From positions 77,996,001 through 78,060,000 of the forward strand of contig CM052822.1 in NCBI GenBank assembly GCA_028534125.1: a stretch of DNA of 64,000 nucleotides, in the 5' to 3' direction. A program made the translations under genes and the position numbers. The notes beneath the pieces were generated by a model, which saw nothing but the letters and a program-made list of their open reading frames with translations, searched no databases and was not told the origin of the DNA. The DNA is from Lama glama (lineage: Eukaryota). Positions 1 to 13,500 of this stretch are shown here, piece after piece (the first letter of the stretch is position 1; each line of letters opens with the position of its first letter).

Positions 1-3000
1 TGCCCGTGCGCTGGGACAGAAGCAAAGCCCGGCGCCCGCCTCTGCCCGAGGAGCAGCAGCTCTGCTCCCAGGGCGCGTGCTCCTGTCGCCTACGCGCGGC
101 CCGCTGGCCTCCCCGCTCCTAGCTGCCGCGAGCGCGTTATGCGTTCTGCCGCGCGGCTGTCAGGTCCGTTAGGCAGCAGAGTGATTGCCGCAGGGACGGG
201 GTCACACCTCACGCTGCATCCTGCTCGGGACGCGGGAAGCCTCCCGCAGCCCAGGAGGGGGTCTGTGTCCGGGGCCCAGACAGCACGTGTGTTCTCAGCA
301 GAGCTGAGACCGGGGCTGGGGAGGGAGGCTGGCTCAGCACGGCCCGGCCGGCTGGCTGCAGGGCGCCTGGTCCGGGGCTGCTTCTGGTTGAATTTAGGAG
401 GTGAAATGTCCAAGTTAAGACCGAAGTATTTGCCAGCAGCCCTGCTGCTGAGCACAGGGCCTTCGGGGCGCCTGGAGACCCGAGGGACCTGTGCCTCGCC
501 CGGTGGACGTTTTAGCGTCGAGGCGGCGTCACTGCGGGGCAGGATTAGCATGAAGGAGCCCAGCGCCGTGGCCGCCGCCCGGGTTCTACCCGGGGTCTGC
601 GGCGCGAGGACGACCAGAGGGCCTTCAGGAAGCGCCGGGACGGTTGCTTGGTCTGATTTTCCAGAGCTGCTTGAATTTCTCACGGTCTTTTTGTAGATTC
701 CACTTGCTGCGGTTTAACGTGGGACATCGGGCCGACAGGAGGAGACCCATCCCGTCCTCAGAGAAGGTGCTGCTCACCCCAGTTCAGCAGCCATCGTGGG
801 GTGTGGACGGGCCGCGGGCGCTGACCCGATGAAGCGTGTGTGTCTGTCTGCGCCGTAACTATTGCCTCTCAGATCCGTCAGGACGGGGTGGTGTCTGGGG
901 CTGGGAGGGAGGCGACCTCAGGCGCACACCCGTCACTTCTGACCTCGCTCCCTGGGTCAGCTACGTGACGCCAAGTCAGCTTCACACAGTCTCGCAAATG
1001 GACAGAATCACTGGACCTGCAAGAATTCCAAAGACAGAGGCGAGTCTCAGTCAGAACCTGGTAAACTGTGGGGCCGGGTGGAGGTCCCCCCAGCTCGCCG
1101 CGCCCCCACGCATGCTCCGTGCACCCTCGCCCTCCCCCAGGGGGCCCACGCGGAGAGGAGCCTGAGCACGTGGGGGCCCTGGACAGTCAGACGTGCGCAC
1201 GGTCGCGTGAAAGTAATTCCCTTCTGTTGCGATTTACAACATGCTGGCCTGCGCCTGATGGGACTCAAATAACAGCTCGTGACACGTGGATCTGAGCTGC
1301 CTTTGCTTCAGGGGCCCTTCCAGACCAGGAGAACCTCCCCCACGATCATCGTTGTGGTCTCTGCTCCAGGGCCGAGCATCCTCGCACGTGGACTCACGGC
1401 TGAGGCCCAGGCACTTCTGTGCAGCCCTGAGCGATGCCCGGACCACTGCCAGGTGCTCTGGTGCGGATGGTGTGGACGCAGGATCCGCGGTGGGGCTGAG
1501 CGTGGGTCGTGGCTGGCCGGTGGCTCTGCGTAGCCCTTTCTGAGCGGGGGCCGCCGCACCCCCCGACACCTGCGAGGGCCTCCCAGCAGGGGCGTGGCCA
1601 GCACCTGCTCACTGAGAGGTGTGTGCACGAGGGCCGTTCCTCGGCCCTGGCGGAGCCCAGGCTGGCGTGGGCGTCGGGCCCCTGGGCCCCTGGGCCCCTG
1701 GCTGCTGTGGCCTCTGGCGGGGGTGCTGACAGGGCAGTTTGCCAGGTCGCGGGGACAAAGGGGGCTTTCTGCCCCTCACAGGGAGGTGCCACTGGACGGG
1801 CCACAGCCCACGTGGGCCTGTGGACCCCCGCAAGGCAGGGTGCAGGAATGTGTGGAAGGACATGTATGATTGAGCACTCAGTGTGACCCCTGTGCCACAC
1901 AGTGATGGCCACTGGACACTGTCTACCATGGGAGGGGGACTGAGCCGCCCAAGTAACCTGGCGACTGCCACGGGTGGCCTCTGCGACCTGCCTGCTCAGT
2001 GGGCCCCAGAATGAAGTGGCCACGGGGACAGCGTGTGAACCAAGCGCACACGGGTCACAGCCTGGACTCCACATAGCCAGGCCGCTGGGTGTCCCGTCTG
2101 CTGGCAGCAATGTGGGGCCCCCGGCCCGGCACCGTCCTCCAGGGGCCGGCCCGGCCCTCGTGGGGAGTGACCGCAGGGAAGAGCCGTGATGTCTGGTCTC
2201 CCCAGCCCTGCAGCCGTGCCTCCCTCACTGCGCACACTGGCTCCCCACGGTCTTCCCGGGCGCTCCTCCCCGACCCGCCCTCTCCACAGTGCCCTCACCC
2301 TTGTCCCGGTTACCCCACTCCCGCTCGTCTTCCAGGACCCGGCCAGCCGCCCTGTCCTTTTGGTCTGTGGTCCCTTCTCTGACTCCCAGGGCGTGTCCTG
2401 CCATTTGCCCTTCTCCCGGGGGTGGTCCTTCTGTGCAGCGTGCGTCCTGCCCTCCACGTGGACTGAAGGCCCCGGGAGCAGGCGGGCTGGAGGCTGCTGT
2501 CCTCTCGGGTCCCCGGCCGCTCCCTTCCGGGGCCGTGGGGCCCTGAGACCGTCCTTCACGCTACTGTCTCCCTCTTGGCATTTTCCGCGTGGACACACTG
2601 ATGACACCCTTTCCTCTTCGTCTCCCGAATGTGGACTTACACCTGCGGTACCAGCACATTACCAAGGAGGAGTTTCTGTGGCACCCGGGAGTCTCCAGAT
2701 CCAGAAAACAGCCGGACCAGTGGCAGTGGCTTCTCGCACCCTCGATCCTACGTCACGGCCGACCTGCTCTCGGAACACAGTGCGGGGTGACGGCCCCTCT
2801 GGCTGCCAGCTCCCTGCTCTGCACGGGGACGTCCACTGCAGTTCAAGTTCTTGGTCTCCCGCCTTCCCCCGCCTCGTGCCCCTCTCCGAACGCCAGGACA
2901 GAAGTTCTCTGCTCTCAGAGTCCCAGGGATGTTTAGCAAGCGGGTGCTGTTCCATGAAAGCGAGCACTTCTGCCCTGTCTGGGGCCTGGGGCTCGGCCTC

Positions 3001-3959
3001 GTAATGCCTGAACCTCTGGCCTCTGCTGGTGGGACAGGTCCTGGCAGGAGGCTAGTGTTCCAGGGGCTGCAGGGAGGGCTCCCGGACCGGATCCGGGCGG
3101 GCGGTCTCTGAGGGCGGAGGCAGGGGTGTTGGGGAAGGTCAGGGCGCCCGAGCAGCCCGTGGGTTCGGCAGCCACGAGGGGTTATGTGGGGACCAGGGCG
3201 GGAGGCGTGTGGTCGGGTTTGGGTCAGTGTTTGTGCTTTGTTGCTCAGAGAAGTGCTGTTCGCCTCGCCACCTCCAGCCACGCAGAGCACAAGCAGAGGT
3301 GAGGGGTGGGCAGCCACGGGGAGTGCACGGAGTCGCTCAGACCGTGGACCTGGCCTCGGGGTCAGGACCCTCTCCCCACGGGTTGCAGGAGGCCAACATC
3401 AGACTGGGCAGTTGAGGGAGAGCACATGCCCTTGGTGTTTCCGTGGACGTCTGTGAACGTGGGCTCCTGGCTGGCGGCAGGGGGGCCCGGCCAGAGCGGC
3501 TCAGGCCGTGGGGACCAAGAGACGAGCCAGCATCACGGGCACGTGGGGCCCTGCGTCCTGCACCCAGAGCCAGGCTCAGCGCTGCTCAGCTGCCACCGTG
3601 GCCTCGGAGGGGATGCTGTGAGTCCTGCAGACCCGCAGATGCCCCTGGGACCGCCCAGCTGGGGGTGAAGTCGCCTGCTGGGCCAGGAGGGGCCCGGCCT
3701 CCGGGGCCTGTGGTCGCTCCAGCGAACAAAGATGGCAGAGCAGCGGAGTTTGGACGGAGGGACGAGAGCTTGGGGTCCCTTCCTCCGGCCCTTCCCCGTC
3801 TCGGGGTGCTGCGTGCCGGCTGTTCTGGAGGGGCCTGTCCCGAGCCCCCGCCCACAGCGTCGCCTGTCTCCTGCCTCTTTCAGTGTAGGAGCCGGACCCC
3901 GCCCACCAGCCCTCTGCTGTGGGAACGGCCCTACCGCCCGGCCCTGCACGTTGCTGGAC

Positions 3960-4260
3960 TGGCCGTTACGGTTCTAAACTTGGGGCTCTTAGTCCTGGCC
4001 TTCACACGCACAGCACATGCCTGGTTTATTTCTGGCATTTCTCTACTTTCAATTTTTCAGACCCTTTCATTGTAGACACCTTCTTATCAACTGTATCTGC
4101 TTTTTTTAAAACTCTAAGTTGAGATTCTATTTTAACTGATAATTAAGTTCAGTTGCATTTATTGTGAAGACGACTCACTTGGGACTTTGCTCTGCAGTCT
4201 TATTCTGTGTTGCTGATCATTTTTTCCCGTTGCTCTTCCCTTCCTGTGCCATTTGCCGTT
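3960..4260 (-). mobile_element. Ancient L1 (L1ME-like) fragment
   Basis: T-rich segment with ctactttcaa..., gcatttattgtga...tgggacttt resembling antisense L1M ORF2 5' region. Similar T-rich relics at about 8870-9660 and 10520-10750. Confidence 0.45.
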
Positions 4261-4629
4261 GGATCGATCAGGTTCCTTTATTCTTTTGCCCCCTCCAGTG
4301 CCTCAGAGGTGCTGCCGCTCACGCTTTAAAGGGGCACCTGATCGACGCACCTGCCGTGGCACGTCCCCCCCCAAGCGCACAGACCTCGAATGTTCACCGC
4401 GACGCCCCTGCCCTGCTCCCATGCGACTTTCATCCGACGCTTTAGTTCTGTTTTGTTTAAAGTCGGCCCTAAAAATCGGTCGCTACGATCACTGCTTTTT
4501 ACAGTCGAGTCTCTCTGAGATGCGCCGGGTTTTCACCAAGTCTCCCGTGTGTTCTGCTTCTGCGTCTTTTCAGCTTTCACCATCCCCTCCCCTCTGTGTT
4601 CCCCTCATTTTACATTGTATTTCTTTCTT

Positions 4630-5100
4630 CGCATTCTCTTTTTCCGATTTTTTATTCGGAAACACTGCAAACCTACAGGAAAGTTGCCCACAGCAGAGGG
4701 AACGCTCTGTGAGCTTCACCTGGACTGGCTACTCCGGGCTGCCCCGCCTCTCTGTCCCTAGGGTGTGCGCTTACTTGCACATGTGCAGGTTTTAATCGGC
4801 TAAACCATTCGAGAGTGAGATGTGGCCGTTACGACACTTCCCGATCCTTGAATATGTGTCTCTGAAGACAAAGTCCTGTGTGACCACAATAAAATTATCA
4901 CAGGCAGGAAATGTAGAATGTTACAACAGCCCTGCTCTCCAGCCACAGCTGAAGTTGTGCTTTTATCTCAGTAATTTCCTTGCGGTTCTGTTTAAAATCA
5001 AAGAGTCGATCAAGCTGCACTCGGCTTTCGCGTCTAGCCCGCACCTCGGCTTCCTTCCTCAGACTTGTCTTTCTGCCTTTCATGACGGTGACATGTGGCG
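4630..5100 (-). mobile_element. L1MC-like 3' end fragment
   Basis: acctacaggaaagttgc, aaccattcgagagtgagatgtgg and gaccacaataaaattatcacaggcaggaaat resemble the L1MC 3' UTR consensus (recalled). Confidence 0.6.
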
Positions 5101-5589
5101 AGTCTAGGGCATGTTCTGTAGAACGTCTGCCCCAGTTTAGGTTCGGTGGTCCTGGCTTTAGGCCCCGGCCCCCTCGTGTTTCAGGGCCCAGGGCCCGGGC
5201 TCCAGCGTGAGGGGCCAGGGCGGCCGGGGCCTGGCTGGCGGGGATGGGGCAGCTCGGCACCCCTCACCCGTCCCCACTCCTCGCCCAGTCTTCCCCCTGC
5301 GGACTCCCTCACTCACGCTTCAGCAGGACACTTAAAGCGTTCCTATCCCTCAAAATCCATTTCCAGGCATTTGTTGGCAGAAAGGCTTTTCTGAGCTTCT
5401 GTTTCCACAAAGTGGGAGTTAACTTCCCTTGGGAGAGCCGCTCCAGTAAGTCCCCCTCTCGCCAGGACCGAGGTGCGGGTCCCCGCTGAGTCCTTGTGCC
5501 CTGGGGCGAGGCAGTGACTTCCAGGGCCCCGCACGGGCCTGTGAGCCCAGGGAGGCGGCACATGCCGCCCTGAGCCTCCGTCCTCGGCG

Positions 5590-5817
5590 TGTGGGCACGT
5601 CTTCCCTGTGTCCTCACACGGTTGTCCCTCTGTGTGTCTGTGTCCCTAGCTCCTCCTGTAAGGTCACTGGTCCTGTGGGGTCAGGGCCCACCAGTGACCC
5701 ATGATTTCAGCCTTAATCACCTCTTTGAAGACCCCATCTGCACACACAGCGCGCCCCGAGTCCCAGGGTCAGGACTTTAGCGCGTGGATCCGAGGGGCCA
5801 CAGCTCAGCCTCTGACA
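5590..5817 (-). mobile_element. MaLR LTR fragment (MLT1-like)
   Basis: ccctctgtgtgtctgtgtcc...agggcccacc...ttaatcacctctttgaagaccccatct...tcaggact...ctcagcctctgaca follows the MLT1 terminal pattern. Confidence 0.7.
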
Positions 5818-8800
5818 GGGCATAGGCCTCTGCCTTTGCTCCTCCTCCGTCCCCAGCTGCGTTCATCGGCCACGTTACGGGGGTTCAGTTCTGAGGTCAC
5901 GGGAGGCCCCTGCTCCCCACACCCGCCCGGAGGCTTCCTTGTCTGAGCTCCCCCACCGTGGCCAAAGGCCTGGCCTCCTGTGGCCCAAAGGCAGCTTTGG
6001 AACTGAGGAACCTCTTTCTCTCTCGAAGAAGGCTGTCTCCAGGGCTGTGCCCTTCTGCGGACCCAGAGAACCGACTTGGGCCGCCCGTGTGGCTTCGGCT
6101 GGCACTTTATCACCGCCAGCGATGCTGGCCTCAGGCCCAGCCCCGCCGGGCGGGCCCACAGGGCCAGCAGCCCTCCTGGCTGCATGGATCTCTGGTTGTT
6201 TATAGAAACAAAGATGACCAACACTGCATTTGGTCCAGCGAAGCATCCAGTCCCTCTCGCTGCTTTAGCCAGAAGAGCACCCTGCCCTCCCGCCCTTCCT
6301 CCTCCTGGGATCGGAGCTCAGCGTGCACTCCGGCCCAGAGGTGACTCCGGCTGTCCTCACGCAGGGCTCGGGGTGGGGGAGGGCAGGGTCCCCGCCCCCT
6401 GGGAGTGGCCCCAAGGTCGGACACGAGTGGCCACGGCTCCCGGGTTTCTGTGGCTCCTGAGAGCCCAAGGGAGTCACTTGCTGCAACGCTTGGCAGAGGC
6501 CGTGGGGGTTGATGTCTGCGGGTGTCACAGAAGAGGAGGGATGGAAGGGGAGGGACAAGGACTTGGGGATGTCGGGTGAGAGCTGGGCAGCCTGTGCTGC
6601 ATGTGGCTGGACCTCTGATGGGCAAGGCCTCCTGGGGCAGCCGCCCAGCGCCGGGCCTTCCAGGTCTCTGAGATGCGGTAGCCACTGCCCAGTGGTACCC
6701 CGGCCGGCCCAGGGCGAGTCCTGCTCGTGAGTGTGGGGCTCCGGCAGGTGCCAGGGAGGGACTCACATGCCCACAGACCTGAGCACCCCTCCCCTCCCCT
6801 GACAAATGCACCTTCACCTTTGTCGACATCAAAGGGTTATGTCAACACCTGAGTTTCTACAACTGGAGTTTGCAAACCGTCAGGCATGAACCAGCTTCTG
6901 CCCAGCCTGTCTGCATTCTGCTGATGGGCCGGTGCTCCCTGGGTGAGGTTTAGGAAGCGAGCTTAGTTTATAAATGGTTACACACTTGCTCCACAGGGTT
7001 ATTTTCCTTCCCTTTACTTCAGCAACGTAACCAGTTATCATTTCATAATAAACATTTTTCACCAGGTCTTATACTATGGACGGTAACGATCTGAAGGAGA
7101 AAATGCAGCTATAGTTCCGTGTATAAAATTTGAATTAAAATGTAAATTGAAGTAAATGTAAAAATTAAAGTGTTAAGATTATTTGTTTTCAAAAAAGCTT
7201 TTCCTTTTAGAATGTTAAAATTGGCTCTTAAACTTAAAGGGCTTAGTGCAGACCAGAATGAATAAGTATTAAAACTTTAAACCAAAGTCATTTTTAAAAA
7301 CCTCGCGTTTTATTTAATTTTCAAACACTGCGGTTAGTTGGATGTTGTGAAACATTGTTGTTAAGACGCAGCTAGTCTCAATTCTCGCCCCCGACAGCCG
7401 CCTGGTTTCCAGGGTCGGGGGCCGGGCAGTTCGCACGCCCACGTGGGGTCCGCACATGTGCCGGGTCGGGAGGGACGCGACTGATGTCCCAGCTGCTCCT
7501 CGGATGCCGTGTGCAGCTACTGGAACCCAGCGTTCGTTTCTCAGTGCCTCTGCTGCCGCAAACCAGAACGCACAGAAGCAGGGGGAGGGCTGCCCGGCCC
7601 TGCCGGGAAGATCCTCCGAGTCTGTGGCCTTCCTGCCACTTGGGAGGAAAGACTGGGCACTTAATCTTTCGTGGCTCCGACTCCAGGCTTCCACCGTCTG
7701 GTGCTCCTCCCCGTCCCAGGGGCCCCAGTGCGCGGAGGTGCAGCCTGTGGGGGGAGGGATCTGCTCTGGGGCCCGGGGGGCCCGTCCTGGAGAGGGGCTT
7801 TAGGGTCACGGGCTGGGCTGGGCCAGGGCTGAGACACCGGGTGTCCGTTGTGGAACGTGTGTGGTGTGGGCTCAGGCGGGGGCCCGAGCCACGGCATGTC
7901 CAGGCTGGCACTGCAGGGCCCTCAGGCCTCGTCAGCAGGATGTAGCCTGTGGGCAGGACATGGTCTCTACCGCAGCAGCCCTGTCGTCCAGCGCTGGCCC
8001 CTGACGGTGCGGAGACACCAGGGGGACAGCGGGAGCAGTGGCGCAGTCCCCTGAGCCTCCTGCACTTGGGGTCCGGCTCAGACACCGTCCTGACCCCTGT
8101 GTCACTCCATGGGGACCCTTTCCCGACTTTAAGTCAGGGCGTGACATTCCGAGCAGGCCTGGCCTTGTTCACTCGTGAGGGCAAAGTTTACGCCACACTT
8201 TGCACCTGCGTGATGGCTGACCAGGAAAACGCACAGCTCCAAGCGCTGGCACGGACGTGGAGCCCCTGGGCCCTCAGGGGCCGGTGGGGCGTGAGCTGGT
8301 CCAGCCACCGTGGACAGTGGCCTGGTGGTTTCTTACGACATTAGTGAGAAACCCGCCCGCGACCTGGCCCGTCCACTCCTCGGTGTTCACAGGAAGGACG
8401 GACTCGCAGCTCCCAAATGTGCACCAGCCTGTCCAGATGGGCTCTGCTGCTGACGGCCCCGAGCTGCTGCAGTGTGGTGTCCCTTCAAGAGTCCCAGGGA
8501 GTGAGTGGGAACCCGGTGGTGACCCCGCCAGTGTCCACGGGGAAAGCGCTCCCCGGGTGGAGGGGACTGTGATGCAGCGTGAGGAGGGAGCCCCGACCCT
8601 ACGCCGGAGGACGGATGCAGGAGGCACAGCACGGGCCGCACTGGGTCTCTGGGGACGTCAGGTTCCAGAGTGTCTGCCTCCCTCTCCCACTTTCCCAAGC
8701 CTTCCTTTGGGCCTTAGGTGATGAGGTGACCATTCAGGTGACACCCCTGCTCCTTGGGGAGGGGACACAGCCAGGTGCTGGTTCCTTCCAGGCGGCGGCC

Positions 8801-9989
8801 GACCCTCCAGCTCCCTCGTCCAGGCGTCCCTGCAGGCGGGGCCGCGGCGCCAACCCCTCATCTCTCCCCCTTCTCTTTCTACGCCTTATTTTTTAATTTA
8901 GATTTTGCTTTTTCCCACTTTTGTTTTTTTAGTGGAGGTGCTATACACACTCTGCCACTGAGCTGTGTACTCTCTCCCCTAAATCTTACTGTTTATTCAA
9001 AGTAACACAGGTCTTTTACAAAATAACCTCACTTTACAAGCGGCAGCGTCTCATCTCCTCTGCTGTTCTGCCGTGTTTGGGAGCAACACGCCTGCGCCGC
9101 CGCTCCCCGCTGCTCCTCTGGGGCGTGGCTCCGGCTGCGCCATCACGGGGCCCTTCCTCCTGCACCCCGTGTGCTCGGGATGTAACTTTTAATGCTCACA
9201 GTATTATACTGTATTGTTCAGAGCTGAAGCCACTGACTAAACAACGATTTTGTTTTGTTTCTTGAATTAAGTTTCGTTTTCCCGCGGAGTTAGAGGCCCC
9301 TCTTTTTGCCTCAGTGTGCTCTGTTTTTCATGCCTGGATCACCAACCCGGACACAGACCTCCCAGTGAGCCGGTAACACAGCTTCTGAGGTGCCCGGCAC
9401 CTTCCCGGCCGCCCGCCCCCCCGTCCCGGTGGCCCCTCGGGGCGGAGCCCCCAGTCTGGCCCCTGTGCCCTCATCAGGGGCGTTTCTGGTTCTCTCCATC
9501 CGTTGGCTTCCCTGATTCCAAGAGCCGGTCTCCTCTTTTGGCTCGGCCCCTCGTTTGATGTAGTGCGTTTTCCGTGAGTTTCCTGAGAGGGTGTCTGGGA
9601 GACCTGCATGTCTAAGAAAGCCATGTTCTCTCCTCATCCTTGAGAACGAAGTGGAGCAGGAACCCCGCCCGCATTCCCCGCCTCTGGTTGATGGAACAGT
9701 GTCGGCCCCCTCGGCTTCCCCGAGTTCCGCAGAGCAAATTTAAGCAGAAAAATGAGAAAGTGCAGGAACAGAGAAAAACAGTCAAACGAGGAAATAACAA
9801 CAGTTCCGCCACAAAATAAAGCCCGTCCCCTCCAGCCGACCCGAGGGCTGCAGGCGAGCCCTGAGCTGCACCCGGCTGCCTGGCAGATGTTGGAGGCCCA
9901 GCCGGTGGGAGACGCTAGCTGTGTGCTGCCCACCAGCGCGCAGCCCCCAGACCTGCGGGGACCAGAGGCTGGAGACGCTGACCCCCAGG

Positions 9990-10500
9990 GGCCTCGCCCC
10001 CAGCCCATCAGAAGAACGTCTGCGTGCGCCTCCAGAGGCCATCCCGAAGCCGCGGCCCGGGCGTCCGAGCTGCCCGCTCTCCCGCGGCCCCGCGCTGGGC
10101 GCCTGCAGGATGCGCCGCGTTCCGGCCCCGCGAGCCGGTGCCAGTCGACTGGCTTTGCTGCTTGTCGGACGACGGGACCCAGTTTGGCTCAGGAAGCAGA
10201 CAAAACTCCGGTTTGACACAGTCTCCCTGGAACACGAGGCCGCCTGTCTCCCGGCGTCCCGGGCAGCTGTCCAGCGGCCCAGCTGTGGCTTGGGTGCCGC
10301 GGGGCCACCCGTCCGCCCGGAGGGCGCTGGAAGCCGCCTCCGCGCGGGCTGAGGGCTCCCGGCTGTGACGCGGGCGCCTCACTCCCTGGGCGGGGCCGGG
10401 GGGACCCCGCGCCCCCCCTCCTGCTGCGGGGGCTTCCTGGGGCCCCGCCCCTCCCCCGCCCGAGACCCGCCCGCTGCCCCGACTGAGCCGTGCCCCTCTG
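9990..10500. promoter_or_regulatory. CpG-dense, GC-rich segment (CpG-island-like; others at about 18400-19300 and 23140-23640)
   Basis: High density of CG dinucleotides and GC-box-like sequences (ccccgccc). No associated exon found; may simply reflect regional GC drift. Confidence 0.35.
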
Positions 10501-13500
10501 TCCCTGCACCTGTGCTCAGCTCCTGCTTTCACTTGTGCCATTTCCTCAGGCTCTTCTCCCAAACATTCTATGCAAACGCTCATTTTCACCGTCACAGTTC
10601 TTTCTCAGTTGTTCGTTCTTTTCCATTGTAGGTGGCATCCTTTCTTCTGTGACTGCAGCGTGTCTCCTTGTCTCTCTGAACATCCTCATTCTATTTTCCG
10701 TGGCATTTTGGTCTTCTTACAGTTTTCGTTCCATAAACAAGTAAGTTTATTTATTCGCCCACAGCGCTGGCCTCGGGGACGTGCTCCCGCAGCTGCCTGG
10801 TGCAGGCGCCGGCCGTGCCCCTGCAGGGACCTCTGAGCCCCTTTCTGGGACCCCTTCTTGGGAGGCCAGGGTCCCGACAGGTGGCCTCCGGTCTTGCTCT
10901 GGTGTCTGAGCCTTGTGCCCGGACTGTGGACCTGCCGTGTTTGAGTCTCAGCCTGACGTGGGTGAGGAGGCGCATGGCAGCCTGGCGACAGTGTAATTTG
11001 GGGGGACCCTTCAACAATGCAGTCACGAGGCTGGAACACGAGAGACACATTTAGTTAATGAGCCAAATTACAATCTGTCTCGAAACCATTGTCATCAGAC
11101 GTAAGATCACGCTTCCGTCTGCGTGCAGCCCTGTCCTGTGCTGAGGACACTGGCTGTCCTTGCAAAAACCCAGAGCGAGCTCTGCCCGGAGGGTGTGGCG
11201 CTTCCACGCCCGAGCCTCAGGGTGCTCTGCTTGGGGTCTGTCGGCAGGTGACGGCAGGCTTTTGTGCAAGGCTGGCTGTGGGGTGGGGGAGTGCGTGTGT
11301 TTCTGTAAGATTTTTTTTGAGACAGGCTGCTGTTTCTCTGCATTCAAATAATAGCCTAATTAATTTTAATATTCGCCCGACTGTGCATCTAAGTCAGTTG
11401 GAGGATGTGTCACAGGAGGAAAATACTAATAGGATATGTGCCAATTTGCAGCTTAAGTAAGGCTGCCTCTAATAGGCGCTGAAGGGCTCTGCATTAACCC
11501 CCGACCATGGGGAGAGTCAGCCTGGGTGCTGATCACTTAAGCAAGCCCAGATACACGCGTGCAGCCCCATTGAAATTCCAATCACTTCCTCCTGCTGTTC
11601 CCACCTATGTAATTGTCAACCGGCCTTTATCATCATTTATTATGCAAAATTGAATTTTTTTGAAGCGTGGAGAATGAAGTAATTTCGTATGCAAACAGTT
11701 AAGACTCCCCTGTGGACTCTGATTACGTACATGTTGATAAATTCACTTATGATGAGTGACAGTGTGAGATTCCGGGGTCGGGCTGGTCAGTCCGTGGACG
11801 ACACTGATGAAAATGATAAACCAAGTGCCAGAAGTGTCCCCAGCGCGTCTTGGGATGAAATGTGCAAAACGTCAGTCTGGCCGACGTCTGTTAATAACGA
11901 AATATGATTGTGTGCGATGAGCAGAGATCTCCACGGTGATTGAAGGCGGCGTCTCCGGCCCCTTCCAGCTGTCGCTGCTCAGAAATCCCTATTGCTTTTT
12001 CACTGATAAATGCATAATGACCTTTGAAACCTTTTAACTGTTAAAGCTCCTGTAATTCGTAGCTCGAGAGGCGGCTGGGCTCACATCCCTTTACACGGGG
12101 GCCGACGTCCTGTCCTTTGTCCGAGGTGTCTTTCTCTTCCTCCCACCTCCACCGGATCTGGGACAGGCTGCACTGCTGCGGGGCTGATAGCAGAGGTCCC
12201 AGCTCCGGGGGGACGGTCCTGGCCGGCCTGTCCCCTCCGCAGAGTGAGAGGGTTTGCTCTCAGGGCCTGACCTGGTGTCGCCCGTGTCCCAGCATGTTGG
12301 GACATGATGGCCCATCCCTGACTCTCCGCAGGGAGCCCTCGGGCCCACGGCGCCCAGGAGCAGGAGGGGCTGGGGCTGAGCCGGGTTCCGGAGAAGCGAG
12401 ACTCTCCAGGGAGGGGCCCCTCGTGAGTTACTAATCAGAGCGTCTCTGCGGGGCTGGACGAGGCGTGTGGTTATCCTCATGCTGTTTGTGAGCTTTCCAT
12501 CTGCAGAAGCTTCTGAGGAGCACCCGAAGATGTCCCCAGCACGTGGGGCAGGGTGGAAATTTGAAGATGCACCAGGCAGTGTCCCCACCCTCCAGGACGG
12601 CAGACACAGAAGCATGAAGGCAGCAGACGAGGGGGCAGAAAAGTGGAGGCGCCACCTCTGCTGGGCCCCCCGGAGCAGGAGAGACTCAGAGACCGCGGGT
12701 GGAACCGGGCGGGGCTGCCTCCCTCGCTCTGGTCCTGCGAGCCCAGGCGGGCCCGCGAAGCGTGAACCCGCTGTGTCCAGGTGCCAGGCATCCCTGACGT
12801 CCGTGCTGCTCCGGCCACAGTGGGAGGAGCGGCATTTCCCCGCCACCTTGGTGGCGCTTCATTCTTCCCACGCCATTCGTAGGGCAAACCCCTGGTCTCA
12901 GCTCCAGTCACAGACGGTAGGGAGTAGACCCTCAGCGCTTCACAGACACGACGCGTGTGTGACGCTCAATGTCTGCACTACGAACACTGTTTAACGTAAA
13001 AAAAGAAGCACTCGAAAAGGTAAACAAAGAGACCCATGAAGGGACAGCAAATGAAGCAGGAGACAGCAGGACCGGAGCCAGCAGAAGAGGGCGCTCTGGG
13101 GTTCACGGCCTCCCTCCTCCTGGGGCCTCCCACGGCCAGAAGAGGAAACTCCAATAAAACGCGGCTAAAGGCAGACTCCCGTGGCCATTGTGGGTGGGGT
13201 TTTGTGTCCCTCAAAGGAAGGTTCAAGCCCTGCCCCTCCTTGTGCTCGTGGGCTTCCCTGGAAGCCGGTCTCTGCCCTCGTCCCCGAGGTGAGAGGAGGT
13301 CACCCTGGAGGAGGGGGGCCTGATCCAATGCAGGCGTTGGGAGAGGAAGAGGGGAGATGCAGACACAGGACCCCGGGACGGTGGAGACAGCACTGGGTGG
13401 TGCAGCTGTGAGCCTGGGAGCCCCGACGGCCCCCTGACTGCAGACCCCGAGCTGCGCGAGGGTCCGCCCCCCGCCCCCCAGGCACCGAGCGTCCACTTCC

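Noticed and set aside
6860-7330. AT-rich island as a candidate enhancer
   Set aside because: It begins with sequence resembling a MER58/Charlie-type terminus and is low-complexity, so a DNA-transposon relic is more likely; not confident enough to call either way.
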